64,000 nt of DNA, taken from an uncultured Alphaproteobacteria bacterium. Its GTDB lineage: Bacteria; Pseudomonadota; Alphaproteobacteria; Rhodobacterales; Rhodobacteraceae. The notes under the pieces were generated by a model. It saw nothing but the letters and a program-made list of their open reading frames with translations, was not told the origin of the DNA and ran no database searches. This document shows, piece after piece, positions 1-11,623 of this stretch. Every line of letters starts with the position of its first letter. The first letter of the stretch is position 1. The DNA is taken from positions 807,497-871,496 of the forward strand of contig CAVTOW010000002.1 in NCBI GenBank assembly GCA_963736565.1. The letters run 5' to 3'. Both the position numbers and the translations under genes were made by a program.

Positions 1-723
1 TTCGATCTGGGCGGACCCGTCTTTCCCGGCGGGGTCACGGCGGTCGATTGCGGGGACATTCCGGTCGATCCCGACGATCCGGCGGCAAACCGTGCGGCCC
101 TGCGTGAGGCCGTGTCGCTGGTTCTGGCGCAGGATGCGGTGCCCATCCTGCTGGGAGGCGACAATTCGCTGCCGATCCCGATGCTCGAGGCCTATGCGCG
201 GCGTCAGCGGCCCATCACCATTCTGCAGATCGACGCGCATATCGACTGGCGCGACGAGGTGCAGGGCGAACGCTGGGGCCTGTCGTCGACCATGCGGCGG
301 GCATCCGAGATGGATCACGTGGCGCGGATCGTGCAGGTCGGACAGCGCGGCATCGGCTCGGCGCGGGTTTCGGATGTTGCGGATGCGAGGAACTGGGGTG
401 TGGAGTTCGTGTCGGGGCGCGAGGTGGCGCGCGACGGGATCGGTCGGGCGGTTTCGCTGATTCCGGAGGGGGCCGACGTGGTCGTCTGCCTCGACTGCGA
501 TGCGCTGGACCCGGCGATCATGCCCGCAGTGATCGGCCGGACGGCGGGTGGGATGAGTTACGAACAGGTGCTCGGGCTGGTCGAAGGCGTGGCTGCGAAA
601 GCGCGTATCGTGGGATTCGACATGGTGGAGTTCATGCCCGAGCGGGATGTGGACGGGCAGGGCGCGCTGGTGGCCGCGCAGTTGCTTGCCGCCGTGCTGG
701 GGATCGTCGCGCGGCAGGGCTGA
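1..723 (+). CDS. Agmatinase/arginase (ureohydrolase) family, 5'-truncated by window edge
   Basis: Motifs LGGDNS, QIDAHIDW, CLDCDALDP, DMVEF; the reading frame is open from position 1. Confidence 0.85.
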   Translation, partial: FDLGGPVFPGGVTAVDCGDIPVDPDDPAANRAALREAVSLVLAQDAVPILLGGDNSLPIPMLEAYARRQRPITILQIDAHIDWRDEVQGERWGLSSTMRRASEMDHVARIVQVGQRGIGSARVSDVADARNWGVEFVSGREVARDGIGRAVSLIPEGADVVVCLDCDALDPAIMPAVIGRTAGGMSYEQVLGLVEGVAAKARIVGFDMVEFMPERDVDGQGALVAAQLLAAVLGIVARQG

Positions 724-760
724 GGGCGCGGCGTCGCTTCACATTTCTTCTTGCCGAAGC

Positions 761-786
761 GGAACGGGCTACAAGCGCGCCGCGTT
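761..786 (+). promoter_or_regulatory. Putative sigma-EcfG (general stress response) promoter of dps
   Basis: GGAAC-N17-CGTT about 40-50 nt upstream of dps; matches the alphaproteobacterial EcfG consensus. Confidence 0.6.
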
Positions 787-825
787 GTTGCGCGGTGATG
801 TTCCCGGTGCAAGGGGGCGACAAGG

Positions 826-1308
826 ATGGAGAGAGACATGCCGATCAAGGGTTTGAAAGACAACGCGGTGAAGACGAGTGTGGCGCAGCTGAACGCCCGG
901 CTGGCCGACATGCTGGCGCTGAAACTGGCGCTGAAGCAGGCGCATTGGAACGTGAAGGGACCGGCCTTCATTGCGGTGCACGAGCTGTTGGACGCGGTGG
1001 CGGGTCGGGTGGACGACGCGTCGGACACGATGGCGGAACGCGTGCAGGTGCTGGGCGGCGTTGCGTTGGGAACGGTCGAGACTGTTGCGAAGGCGGCGAC
1101 AGTGAAGCCCTATCCGACCGATCTGGTGAAAGAAACCGATCATGTGCAGGCGATCTGCGCCCGGATCGCCGATCTCGGCGCAAAAATGCGCGAGGCGATC
1201 ACCGATGTGACGGATGCGGGCGATGACGGGACGGCCGACATTTTCGTCGGCGTGTCGCGGCAGCTCGACAAGGACCTGTGGTTCCTGGAAAGCCATTTGG
1301 GCAAGTAG
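826..1308 (+). CDS. dps: DNA starvation/stationary phase protection protein Dps
   Basis: KQAHWNVKGPAFIAVHELLD, DTMAERV, DKDLWFLESH; alternative start at 838. Confidence 0.92.
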   Translation: MERDMPIKGLKDNAVKTSVAQLNARLADMLALKLALKQAHWNVKGPAFIAVHELLDAVAGRVDDASDTMAERVQVLGGVALGTVETVAKAATVKPYPTDLVKETDHVQAICARIADLGAKMREAITDVTDAGDDGTADIFVGVSRQLDKDLWFLESHLGK

Positions 1309-1411
1309 CCGGGCCTTCGGCGGCGGGACGCAGGGCCGTGGCCCTTGGCGTTGCGCCGCCCGTCCCCGCCGTGTATCACCGCGCGAGATTTCGGCAGGGG
1401 CGGGGGAACGC

Positions 1412-2671
1412 ATGCGTCGGGTGGTCGTCACAGGGCTGGGCATGGTCACGCCACTGGCCTGCGGAGTTGAAGAAACATGGACGCGGCTGATTGCCGGGCA
1501 ATCCGGTGCCGGGCCCATCACGCGCTTCGATCCGGTGAACGTCCTGACGCAATATGCCTGCGAAATCCCGCGTGGCGACGGCAGTGACGGCACGTTCAAC
1601 CCCGACGACTGGATGGAACCGAAGGACCAGCGCAAGGTCGATGACTTCATTCTCTACGGGATGACGGCGGCCGTGCAGGCGGTGGCGGATTCGGGCTGGG
1701 TTCCGCAGACGGACGAGGATCGCGAGCGGACCGGCGTGATGATCGGGTCGGGGATCGGCGGGCTGTCCTCGATCGCCGAGACGGCGGTGCTGATCAAGGA
1801 GAAGGGGGTGCGGCGGGTGTCGCCCTTCTTTATTCCGGGCGCGCTGATCAATCTCATTTCCGGTCAGGTGAGCATCCGGTTCGGCTTCAAGGGACCGAAC
1901 CACGCGGTCGTCACGGCCTGTTCCACTGGCGCGCATGCGATCGGGGATGCGGCGCGGCTTATCCAGTGGGGGGATGCCGACGTGATGGTGGCGGGTGGTG
2001 CGGAAAGTCCGATCAGCGAGATCGGGATCGCGGGGTTCAATGCCTGCAAGGCGCTGTCGACCAAGCGTGCCGACGACCCGACCAAGGCGAGCCGTCCCTA
2101 TGACGCCGACCGCGACGGATTTGTCATGGGCGAGGGTGCGGGTGTGGTCGTGCTGGAGGAATACGAGCACGCGCGGGCGCGGGGCGCGAAAATCTATGCC
2201 GAGGTGCTGGGCTATGGCCTGTCGGGCGACGCCTATCACATCACCGCGCCGTCCGAGGATGGCGAAGGCGGGTATCGCAGCATGGCGATGGCGCTGAAGC
2301 GGGCGGGGCTTCAGCCGTCGGACATCGACTATATCAACGCCCATGGCACGAGCACGATGGCCGACACCATCGAACTGGGGGCTGTGGAGCGGCTGATGGG
2401 CAATGCAGCAGCGCAGGCGACGATGAGCTCGACCAAGTCGAGCATCGGGCACCTGCTGGGCGCTGCGGGCGCGGTGGAGGCGATCTTCTGCGTGCTGGCG
2501 ATCCGCGACCAGATCGCACCGCCGACGATCAACCTTGATAACCCGGCGGTTGAGCCGAAGCTCGATCTGGCGCCGAACGCGGCACGGAAGCGCAAGATCG
2601 ACGTGGCCCTGTCGAATTCGTTCGGGTTCGGCGGGACGAATGCCTCGCTGGTTCTGGGGAAAGTCGGCTGA
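1412..2671 (+). CDS. fabF: 3-oxoacyl-ACP synthase II
   Basis: MRRVVVTGLG, TACSTG, NAHGTST, GHLLGAAG, SNSFGFGGTN. Confidence 0.96.
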   Translation: MRRVVVTGLGMVTPLACGVEETWTRLIAGQSGAGPITRFDPVNVLTQYACEIPRGDGSDGTFNPDDWMEPKDQRKVDDFILYGMTAAVQAVADSGWVPQTDEDRERTGVMIGSGIGGLSSIAETAVLIKEKGVRRVSPFFIPGALINLISGQVSIRFGFKGPNHAVVTACSTGAHAIGDAARLIQWGDADVMVAGGAESPISEIGIAGFNACKALSTKRADDPTKASRPYDADRDGFVMGEGAGVVVLEEYEHARARGAKIYAEVLGYGLSGDAYHITAPSEDGEGGYRSMAMALKRAGLQPSDIDYINAHGTSTMADTIELGAVERLMGNAAAQATMSSTKSSIGHLLGAAGAVEAIFCVLAIRDQIAPPTINLDNPAVEPKLDLAPNAARKRKIDVALSNSFGFGGTNASLVLGKVG

Positions 2672-3870
2672 TGTGGCGTTCGCTCGCCTCGAACGCGCTG
2701 ACGCTGTTCGTCGTCATACTGGCGCTGGTGGCGGGCTTGCTCGCCTGGGGGCGGCAGCAGTTCACCGGACCGGGGCCGCTTGCGGAAGCGGTCTGCGTCA
2801 AGGTGGAGCGGGGGGCATCGCTGGCGCAGGTGAGCCGACAGCTTGAGTCCCAGGGCGCGGTGAGCGATGCGCGGATCTTCCGCATCGGGGCGGATTATGC
2901 GGACAGGGCGGCGCAGTTGAAGTTCGGCAGCTACCTCGTGCCGCCTGGGGCGTCGATGAGCGAGGTCCTCGAGATCGTGACGGCGGGTGGCCAGTCGACC
3001 TGCGGGCGCGAGGTGAATTTCAGGATCGGCGTGGCCGGGGCGGATGTGGTGCTGCGCGAGCTGGACCCTGCGAGCGGCGATTTCGTGGAGGTGGTCAAGT
3101 TCGACGCCGCCGGTGTCATCCCGCCAGAGTATCGGGATGCAGCCGAGGAAGGCGACCTGCGCTGGCGCGTGACGCTGGCCGAAGGTGTGACGAGCTGGCA
3201 GGTGGTCGACAGCTTGCGGCGTGCCGAATTCCTGACGGGCGAGATTGCCGAAGTGCCGCCGGAAGGGTCGCTTGCGCCAGACAGCTACGAGGTAGATCGG
3301 GGCGCCGACCGGGCGGTTCTGCTGGCCGAGATGGGGGCGCGTCAGGAGCGTATCCTTGCCGACCTGTGGGCCGCGCGCGAGGACGGCTTGCCCTATGCCA
3401 GCCCCGAGGAGGCGTTGATCATGGCCTCGATCGTGGAGAAGGAGACCGGCGTTGCCGAAGAGCGTCGTGTGGTGGCGAGCGTTTTCGTCAACCGGCTGGA
3501 AGAGGGGATGCGTCTGCAGACCGACCCGACCGTGATTTACGGCATCACGCGGGGCGAGGGTGTGCTGGGCCGAGGGCTGCGGCAGAGCGAGTTGCGCCGG
3601 GAAACCCCGTGGAACACCTATGTCATTGCCGGACTGCCTCCCACGCCGATTGCCAATCCGGGACGGTTGAGCATCGAGGCGGCGCTGAACCCTGACACGA
3701 CGGACTATCTGTTCTTCGTCGCAGACGGAACCGGTGGCCATGCCTTCGCCGAGACACTCACCGAGCACAACGAAAACGTCGCCAAATGGCGCGCGATCGA
3801 GGCGCAGCGTGAGGCCGAGGGGTTGGCCGTGCCGGAAGAGGGAACGGGAACCGGGGTGTCCGCTCCGTGA
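2671..3870 (+). CDS. mltG: Endolytic transglycosylase MltG (YceG)
   Basis: N-terminal TM segment, ASIVEKET, MRLQTDPTVIY, GLPPTPIANPG; coupled to fabF. Confidence 0.93.
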   Translation: MWRSLASNALTLFVVILALVAGLLAWGRQQFTGPGPLAEAVCVKVERGASLAQVSRQLESQGAVSDARIFRIGADYADRAAQLKFGSYLVPPGASMSEVLEIVTAGGQSTCGREVNFRIGVAGADVVLRELDPASGDFVEVVKFDAAGVIPPEYRDAAEEGDLRWRVTLAEGVTSWQVVDSLRRAEFLTGEIAEVPPEGSLAPDSYEVDRGADRAVLLAEMGARQERILADLWAAREDGLPYASPEEALIMASIVEKETGVAEERRVVASVFVNRLEEGMRLQTDPTVIYGITRGEGVLGRGLRQSELRRETPWNTYVIAGLPPTPIANPGRLSIEAALNPDTTDYLFFVADGTGGHAFAETLTEHNENVAKWRAIEAQREAEGLAVPEEGTGTGVSAP

Positions 3871-3898
3871 TCTCCGCCACTCTCGCGACGCGCAGATG

Positions 3899-3914
3899 TT
3901 AACAAAACCATAAC
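3899..3914 (+). promoter_or_regulatory. CtrA-like box in GTA promoter region
   Basis: TTAA-N7-ATAAC (consensus TTAA-N7-TTAAC), a second TTAAC at 3925, and a TTGACT -35-like hexamer at 3955. Confidence 0.45.
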
Positions 3915-4009
3915 GCACAGAGCGTTAACAGGCTGATCTAAAACGATTTTCGGATTGACTTTGCGTTCGGCCTGTGGCATCACTTGTTGCATGCTGGAAG
4001 AAATGGGCG

Positions 4010-4041
4010 AGCGGCGCGGGAACACCCGGGGCCGCTTTTTT
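4010..4041 (+). terminator. Intrinsic terminator in the GTA leader upstream of g1
   Basis: GCGGC-G-CGGG-AACA-CCCG-GG-GCCGC hairpin followed by TTTTTT. Confidence 0.65.
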
Positions 4042-4087
4042 CATTTCAGTCGGATCGCGGAGGTGCTGGGCGTGGGTGCGGCAGTCA

Positions 4088-4414
4088 ATGACAGAGAACT
4101 TCTCTACCGGGGACGAGGCGCCGGTCGATCTTCTTGCGGCGACGGAAGATCTTTACCGGGAGGCGGCGGAAGACCTGGCGCGCGCCCGGCGTGGCCTGCG
4201 GAAAGGAAAGATCGACGAGGCGAAGCTTGCGGTCCAGGCCGTCAAAGACCTGAAGCTGGCGTTCCAAATGGTGATGGATGAAAGGGCCCGCGTTGAAAAA
4301 CTCCGCAAGCAAATCGCAGGCGTCGTCGGCGACCATGCCCTCGATTTTGACGCCGCCCGGACTGAGATCGGGCGCCGCCTGGCTTGCCTCCGCGACGCCG
4401 GAGGTGGTGGATGA
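4088..4414 (+). CDS. GTA small terminase subunit (RcGTA g1-like)
   Basis: C-terminus ALDFDAARTEIGRRLACLRDAG typical of g1; overlaps the large terminase start; follows mltG. Confidence 0.8.
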   Translation: MTENFSTGDEAPVDLLAATEDLYREAAEDLARARRGLRKGKIDEAKLAVQAVKDLKLAFQMVMDERARVEKLRKQIAGVVGDHALDFDAARTEIGRRLACLRDAGGGG

Positions 4415-6791
4415 GTTCCTGTCGGGGCTGGACGACAATGCGCTGCTGGCGCTGCCCTGGATGTTCGAGTTCTGGGCCTTGCCGCATCAACTGCCACCGG
4501 ACGGCGCCTGGAAGACCTGGGTGATCATGGGGGGGCGCGGCGCGGGCAAGACACGGGCCGGCGCCGAGTGGGTTCGTGCCGAAGTCGAGGGCGCTGGACC
4601 CGAAGACCCCGGACGGTCACGCCACGTGGCCCTGGTTGGAGAAACCATCGATCAGGTCCGCGAGGTAATGGTTTTTGGCGAGAGCGGCGTTCTTGCGTGT
4701 TCGCCGCCTGACCGGCGACCGGAATGGGAGGCCGGACGCAAGCGTCTTGTCTGGCCGAACGGGGCCGTCGCGCAGGTGTTTTCGGCGCATGAGCCGGAAA
4801 ATCTTCGCGGGCCACAGTTCGATGCGGCCTGGGTGGATGAACTTGGCTGTCCGGCAGTGGACAAGGGCACGAACGAGCCAAACAAGTTCATTGATCCCAA
4901 ATCTTCTGAGTCACGAGCGCCCAGGTTTTCCAACGGTCGCCGCGATGACCTCATTCAATTGCAATACCTGCGTGCGATGACCGAGTTCTGGTCAACCGAA
5001 GTCAACAACCCGTCTGCTCCGATTCTCGGTGGACGGATGGTGGACATGTCTCGCGCGCATGTCTGGGCGTGGGATGCGAGGCCCTTTCCTGTCTTTCCAA
5101 ACCTTTCTTCCGCCTGGAGCGACGGCGACAACTATGCGCGCGGCCACTGGTTGAACGGTCGCGCCACCGGTCAACTCCTTTCCTCCGTGGTTGGCGATCT
5201 TTGCGAAAGATCGGGCGTGACCGAGTTCGACACGTCACGCCTGTTCGGCTTCCTTCGCGGCTATGCACTTGCAGAGATCGAAACGGCGCGTTCCAGCCTG
5301 CAACCTCTGATGCTTGCATTCGGTTTCGACGCGGTCGAGCGCGATGGTGTGCTGACTTTCCGGTCGCGAGACGCTCGGGTGAATGCCGCCATTGACGCGA
5401 ATGACCTGGCGGTTTCGGACGAGATCGAAGGTTCTATCGAGTTGACCCGTGGGGCCGAGACGGAACTGACGGGCAAGGTGATGCTCGGCTATGTCGAGGC
5501 AGAAGGCGATTTTGCCACGCGGCAGGCTGAGGCCGTTTTTCCGTCGGGAAACACTAGTGCGGTTTCGCAATCAGAAGTGCCGTTGACTCTGACGACTTCG
5601 GAGAGCCGGGGCATTGTGGAGCGTTGGCTGGCTGAGAGTCGGATCGCCCGAGACAGCATTCGCGTCGCCTTGCCTCGTTCACACCTTGCCATAGGTGCGG
5701 GAGACGTCATTTCTTTTGGAAGCGCGCGGTATCGCATCGACAAGGTGGAGCAGTTTGACCAGCAGCTCTTGGATGGAACGAGGATCGAGGCGCAGAGCTA
5801 TCAGGCGAGTGACGCTGTAGAGGAGCGACCGGTCGCGAAACCTGCCATGGCTCCGGTCCCTGTATTCTCCACCTTTCTCGACCTACCGCTCTTGGCTGGT
5901 GACGAAGACCCGCAAGCACCAAGAATTGCAGTAAGCGCGACACCATGGCCGGGTCCCGTGGCGGTATGGAGTTCGGCCAGTGACAACGGTTACGCGCTTA
6001 ATCGGTTGATCTCAGTTCCATCTGTTGTTGGTGTGACCGAAGCGCCGCTCCGCATCGCTCGGCCCGGAATGATCGACCGAGGGGAGCCGCTGCGGGTTCG
6101 GGTTTTTGGTGGAGCGATCAGTTCAGCGGAAGCTCTTGCTGTCCTGAACGGCATCAACGCTGCAGCCATCGGCGACGGGACTGCAGACCGCTGGGAAGTG
6201 TTTCAGTTCACAACCGCCGAATTGGTCGGGCCGCAGACTTATGAGCTTAGCGGCCGGCTGCGAGGGCAGGCAGGAAGCGACGCCGCCGTTCCTGAAACCT
6301 GGCCGGAAGGAAGCCAGATCGTCTTTCTGGATCGCGGTCCGGAGCAGATTGCACTGCCCCTCTCGGCCCGAGGTCTCGAACGGCACTATCGAATCGGCGC
6401 AGCGGCGAGAGGCTATGATGATCAGGCAGTCATGGTCACACGCGCGGCATTCGTTGGTATTGGCCTCCGGCCCTATCGTCCAGGACACCTGCGGTTCGCC
6501 AGGAGTGACGTGGGCGATGTTCACTTGAACTGGATCAGACGCACCCGCATCGACGGTGATGGATGGCAGGCGACCGACGTTCCGCTTGGCGAAGCTACCG
6601 AAGCCTATCTCGTTCGTGTGTGGGTCGGGCCGGTGTTGGCCCGCGAGGCTATCGTGACTGAGGCCAAGTGGACCTACAGCTTCACACACCAAATGTCCGA
6701 CGCGGCGTTGGCGTCATGCGAGATTGAAGTGGCGCAGATTTCTGAACGTTTCGGGCCCGGACCGTTTGCCCGTGTCAGGGTCGCGGGGTAG
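4335..6791 (+). CDS. In-frame fusion: GTA large terminase ATPase N-terminus (about 170 aa) + C-terminal half of GTA g15 megatron/baseplate protein (about 650 aa)
   Basis: LPHQ, Walker A GGRGAGKT and Walker B FDAAWVDE run directly into ELGCPAVDKGTNEPNKFIDPKSSES, WDARPFP, GHWLNGR, WIRRTRIDGDGW and VAQISERFGPG, which are g15-type motifs. Confidence 0.85.
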   Translation: MPSILTPPGLRSGAAWLASATPEVVDEFLSGLDDNALLALPWMFEFWALPHQLPPDGAWKTWVIMGGRGAGKTRAGAEWVRAEVEGAGPEDPGRSRHVALVGETIDQVREVMVFGESGVLACSPPDRRPEWEAGRKRLVWPNGAVAQVFSAHEPENLRGPQFDAAWVDELGCPAVDKGTNEPNKFIDPKSSESRAPRFSNGRRDDLIQLQYLRAMTEFWSTEVNNPSAPILGGRMVDMSRAHVWAWDARPFPVFPNLSSAWSDGDNYARGHWLNGRATGQLLSSVVGDLCERSGVTEFDTSRLFGFLRGYALAEIETARSSLQPLMLAFGFDAVERDGVLTFRSRDARVNAAIDANDLAVSDEIEGSIELTRGAETELTGKVMLGYVEAEGDFATRQAEAVFPSGNTSAVSQSEVPLTLTTSESRGIVERWLAESRIARDSIRVALPRSHLAIGAGDVISFGSARYRIDKVEQFDQQLLDGTRIEAQSYQASDAVEERPVAKPAMAPVPVFSTFLDLPLLAGDEDPQAPRIAVSATPWPGPVAVWSSASDNGYALNRLISVPSVVGVTEAPLRIARPGMIDRGEPLRVRVFGGAISSAEALAVLNGINAAAIGDGTADRWEVFQFTTAELVGPQTYELSGRLRGQAGSDAAVPETWPEGSQIVFLDRGPEQIALPLSARGLERHYRIGAAARGYDDQAVMVTRAAFVGIGLRPYRPGHLRFARSDVGDVHLNWIRRTRIDGDGWQATDVPLGEATEAYLVRVWVGPVLAREAIVTEAKWTYSFTHQMSDAALASCEIEVAQISERFGPGPFARVRVAG

Positions 6792-7037
6792 CTGCCTGAC
6801 CGGCCGCTCCATGATCTGAGGCTGCTCGCGTTGCGACTGCTTCATTATGTCCCCAAATTGGGCCCGCGTAAAAACCAGTGGTCATTTCATGACGTCTAGC
6901 GGGCTCACGATCCTTGCGTTTTGCTCCGAAGGTCATGGGCCATTGCAACGCTTGATCGAAGTCATCAGAAGCTTTTCTTTGTCTCGCCACGCCTCGGGAT
7001 ATATGTTGTCGCAAGACCACGAGCGGAGTCTGACGAA

Positions 7038-7850
7038 ATGGCCGAAACGAAGAAGAAAGTCGCAACCGTCGATCCGGTCTGGCAGCGTATCGCCGAGGAA
7101 GCTGTAGAAGCGATCCGGTCGGAACCGCTGCTGGGAGGGCTCATCCATTCGAGCCTGCTCCATCATCCCAGCATGGAACGGGCTCTGGCCTACAGGTTCT
7201 CGCTGAAGCTCGCGTCGGGCGAGATGAGCGAGCAAATTCTGCGTGAGATTGCTGACGAGGCTTACGCGGTCGATCCTGATCTCGGGCAGGCCGCGCGCGC
7301 CGATCTGGTCGCGGTCTATGATCGCGATCCGGCGTGCCATCGCTTCTTGCAGCCCATTCTGTTCTTCAAGGGCTACCAGGCGGTCCAGGCGTATCGGGTC
7401 GGCCACTGGCTTTGGCGTAGTGGCCGAATCGATCTTGCGTATTTCGTTCAAATGCGGGTCTCGGAAGTCTTTGGGGTCGACATTCATCCCGCCGCCAAGG
7501 TGGGGCGTGGTATCATGATCGACCACGCGCATTCGATCGTCATCGGCGAGACGGCAGTCGTTGGCGACAATGTCTCGATGCTCCACTCCGTCACCCTTGG
7601 CGGAACGGGCAAGGAGGACGGTGACAGGCATCCCAAGATCGAGGACGGTGTCATGATCGGTGCTGGGGCAAAGGTTCTCGGAAACATACGTGTCGGCCAC
7701 TGCAGCCGTATCGCCGCAGGCTCGGTCGTTTTGCAGGATGTTCCGCCATGCTCGACAGTTGCGGGTGTTCCTGCACGTGTTGTCGGCGAGGCAGGCTGCG
7801 CTCAACCATCCGTGACCATGGACCAGTTGATCCATTCCGCGGCGAACTGA
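7038..7850 (+). CDS. cysE: Serine O-acetyltransferase
   Basis: DRDPAC, VDIHPAA, IDHAHSIVIGET, GGTGKEDGDRHPK. Confidence 0.95.
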   Translation: MAETKKKVATVDPVWQRIAEEAVEAIRSEPLLGGLIHSSLLHHPSMERALAYRFSLKLASGEMSEQILREIADEAYAVDPDLGQAARADLVAVYDRDPACHRFLQPILFFKGYQAVQAYRVGHWLWRSGRIDLAYFVQMRVSEVFGVDIHPAAKVGRGIMIDHAHSIVIGETAVVGDNVSMLHSVTLGGTGKEDGDRHPKIEDGVMIGAGAKVLGNIRVGHCSRIAAGSVVLQDVPPCSTVAGVPARVVGEAGCAQPSVTMDQLIHSAAN

Positions 7851-7855
7851 TGTTC

Positions 7856-7884
7856 GGTCCCACCCGCATCGGGCGGGCGGGACC
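7856..7884. terminator. Hairpin between convergent cysE and pdhC
   Basis: GGTCCCACCCGC-ATCGG-GCGGGCGGGACC inverted repeat. Confidence 0.45.
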
Positions 7885-7889
7885 GCTCT

Positions 7890-9212
7890 TCAGGCCAGCA
7901 TCGCCATCGGGTTCTCCAGATTTTCGATGATCGCCTGGAGGAACTCGGCCCCCAGCGCGCCGTCGATCACCCGGTGATCGACCGACAGCGTCATCGACAT
8001 CACCGTCGCCACGCCGATCGTCCCATCCGCCAGCACCACCGGCTTCTTGATCCCGGCGCCGACCGCCAGGATCGACCCATGCGGCGGGTTGATGACGGCG
8101 TCGAAGTTCTCGATCCCCATCATCCCGAGGTTCGAGATCGCGAAGCTGCCGCCCTGATATTCGTGCGGCGCCAGCTTCTTGGTCTTGGCCCGCGCCGCCA
8201 GGTCCTTCATCTCGGCCGACAGCGCCGACAGCGACTTCTCTGTCGGCATCGCGCAGGACCGGCGTGAACAAGCCCGCCCTCGACCGCCACGGCCACCGCC
8301 ACGTCCGACGGCTTCAGCCGCAGCATCCGGTCGCCGGCCCAGACGGCGTTCGCAGTCCGGCACCGCCTGCAGCGCCAGCGCGCAGGCCTTGATGATGAAG
8401 TCGTTGACCGACAGCTTCACGCCGCGCCCTTCCAGCTGCTTGTTCAGCGGCTCGCGGAACGCCATCAGCGCGTCCAGCCGCACGTCGCGGCGCAGGTAGA
8501 AATGCGGGATGGTCTGCTTGGCCTCGGTCAGCCGCGCCGCGATCGTCCTGCGCATCCCGTCCAGCGGCACCTCCTCGTAGGCGCGGTCCGCGATACATCT
8601 TCATCACGGTCTCGGCCGCCATGCCGGTGCGCACGCCGCCGCCGCTGCCGCCGGGGCAGGGGCCGCGGCCGCGGCAGCCGCGGCGCGACGACCGCAGGCG
8701 CCGGCACCGGCCTTGCGCGCCTTCGACATCCGCCTTCACGATCCGGCCATGCGGACCCGAGCCCTGCGACCTGCGCCAGGTCGAGCCCCTTCTCCGTCGC
8801 GATCCGCCGCGCCAGCGGCGAGGCGAACACCCGCGTCGCCGCACCGTTGCCGCTACGGCGGCCGGGGCAGCCGCAACGGGCCGCGGCGACGGTGCGCTGC
8901 GCCGGGGCCGCGGCCTTCGGCGCTGCGGCAGGCGCTGCGGCTGCGCATCGGCGCCGCCGCAGCGTTCTCGCCTTCCTCCAGCAGCACGGCGATCGGCGTG
9001 TTCACCTTCACCCCCGCCGTTCCCTCGGCCACCAGGAGCTTGCCGACGATCCCCTCGTCGACCGCCTCGAACTCCATCGTCGCCTTGTCGGTCTCGATCT
9101 CGGCCAGGATCTGGCCGGACTTGACCGCATCGCCCTCCTTGACCAGCCACTTCGCCAGCGTCCCTTCCTCCATCGTCGGGGACAGCGCGGGCATCAGAAT
9201 TTGAATAGCCAT
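7890..9212 (-). CDS. pdhC: Pyruvate dehydrogenase E2 dihydrolipoamide acetyltransferase (apparent frameshifts)
   Basis: Lipoyl motif [30 protein letters not shown] spread across several frames. Confidence 0.9.
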
Positions 9213-9223
9213 GGCTCTCCTCC

Positions 9224-10613
<1,390 letters not shown>

Positions 10614-10627
10614 GTCGTCTCTCCCCC

Positions 10628-11623
10628 TCAGGCGTAGATGTCGGTCCAAAGCTCGGACAGCGCCGGCTCCGGGCTTTCCTTGGCGAACTCGGCCGCCTCG
10701 TTCACGATCGCCTTGATCTCGCTTGTCGATCGCCTTCAGGTCCTCGTCGCTGGCCAGCCCGCCCTGCAGCAGCAGGTCGCGCACATGCTCGATCGCAGTC
10801 CTTCTCGTCGCGCATCTTCTCCACCTCTTCGCGCGTGCGGTACTTCGCCGGGTCCGACATCGAATGGCCGCGATAGCGATAGGTCATCATCTCCAGGATG
10901 TACGGCCCCTTGCCCGCCCGGCAGTGCGCCACGGCCTTCTCGCCCGCGGCCTTCACCGCCAGCACGTCCATGCCGTCCACCGCCTCGCCCGGGATGCCGT
11001 AGGCCGCGCCGCGCCCATACAGCGTCGTGCGACTTGGTCGACGCGCTTCATGCTCGTGCCCATCGCATACTGGTTGTTCTCGATCACGAAGATCACCGGC
11101 AGGTTCCACAGCTCGGCCATGTTGTAGGTCTCGTAGACCTGGCCCTGGTTCGCCGCGCCGTCACCGAAATAGGCGAAGGTCACGTTGTCATTGCCCAGAT
11201 ACTTGTCGGCAAAGGCCAGCCCGGCGCCCAAGCGGCACCTGCGCGCCGACGATCCCGTGGCCGCCGTAGAAATGCTTCTCCTTCGAGAACATGTGCATCG
11301 AGCCGCCCTTGCCGCGCGAATAGCCGCCCGTCGCGCCCGGTCAGTTCGGCCATCACGCCCTTCGGGTCCATCCCGCAGGCCAGCATGTGGCCGTGGTCGC
11401 GATAGCTGGTGATGCGCTTGTCGCCTTCCTTCGCCGCGGCCTCCAGCCCGACGACGACCGCTTCCTGCCCGATGTAGAGGTGGCAGAACCCGCCGATCAG
11501 GCCCATGCCGTAAAGCTGGCCCGCCTTTTCCTCGAATCGGCGGATCAGCAGCATCTCGCGGTAATACTTCAGCAGTTCGTCCTTCGAGACATTCGACTTC
11601 TCTGGGGCTTTCTTGGTGGCCAT
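10628..11623 (-). CDS. pdhA: Pyruvate dehydrogenase E1 alpha (apparent frameshifts)
   Basis: [38 protein letters not shown]. Confidence 0.92.

Noticed and set aside
4088-6791. Prophage
   Set aside because: No integrase, replication or lysis genes; the mltG-cysE context and g1/g15 motifs indicate a GTA remnant
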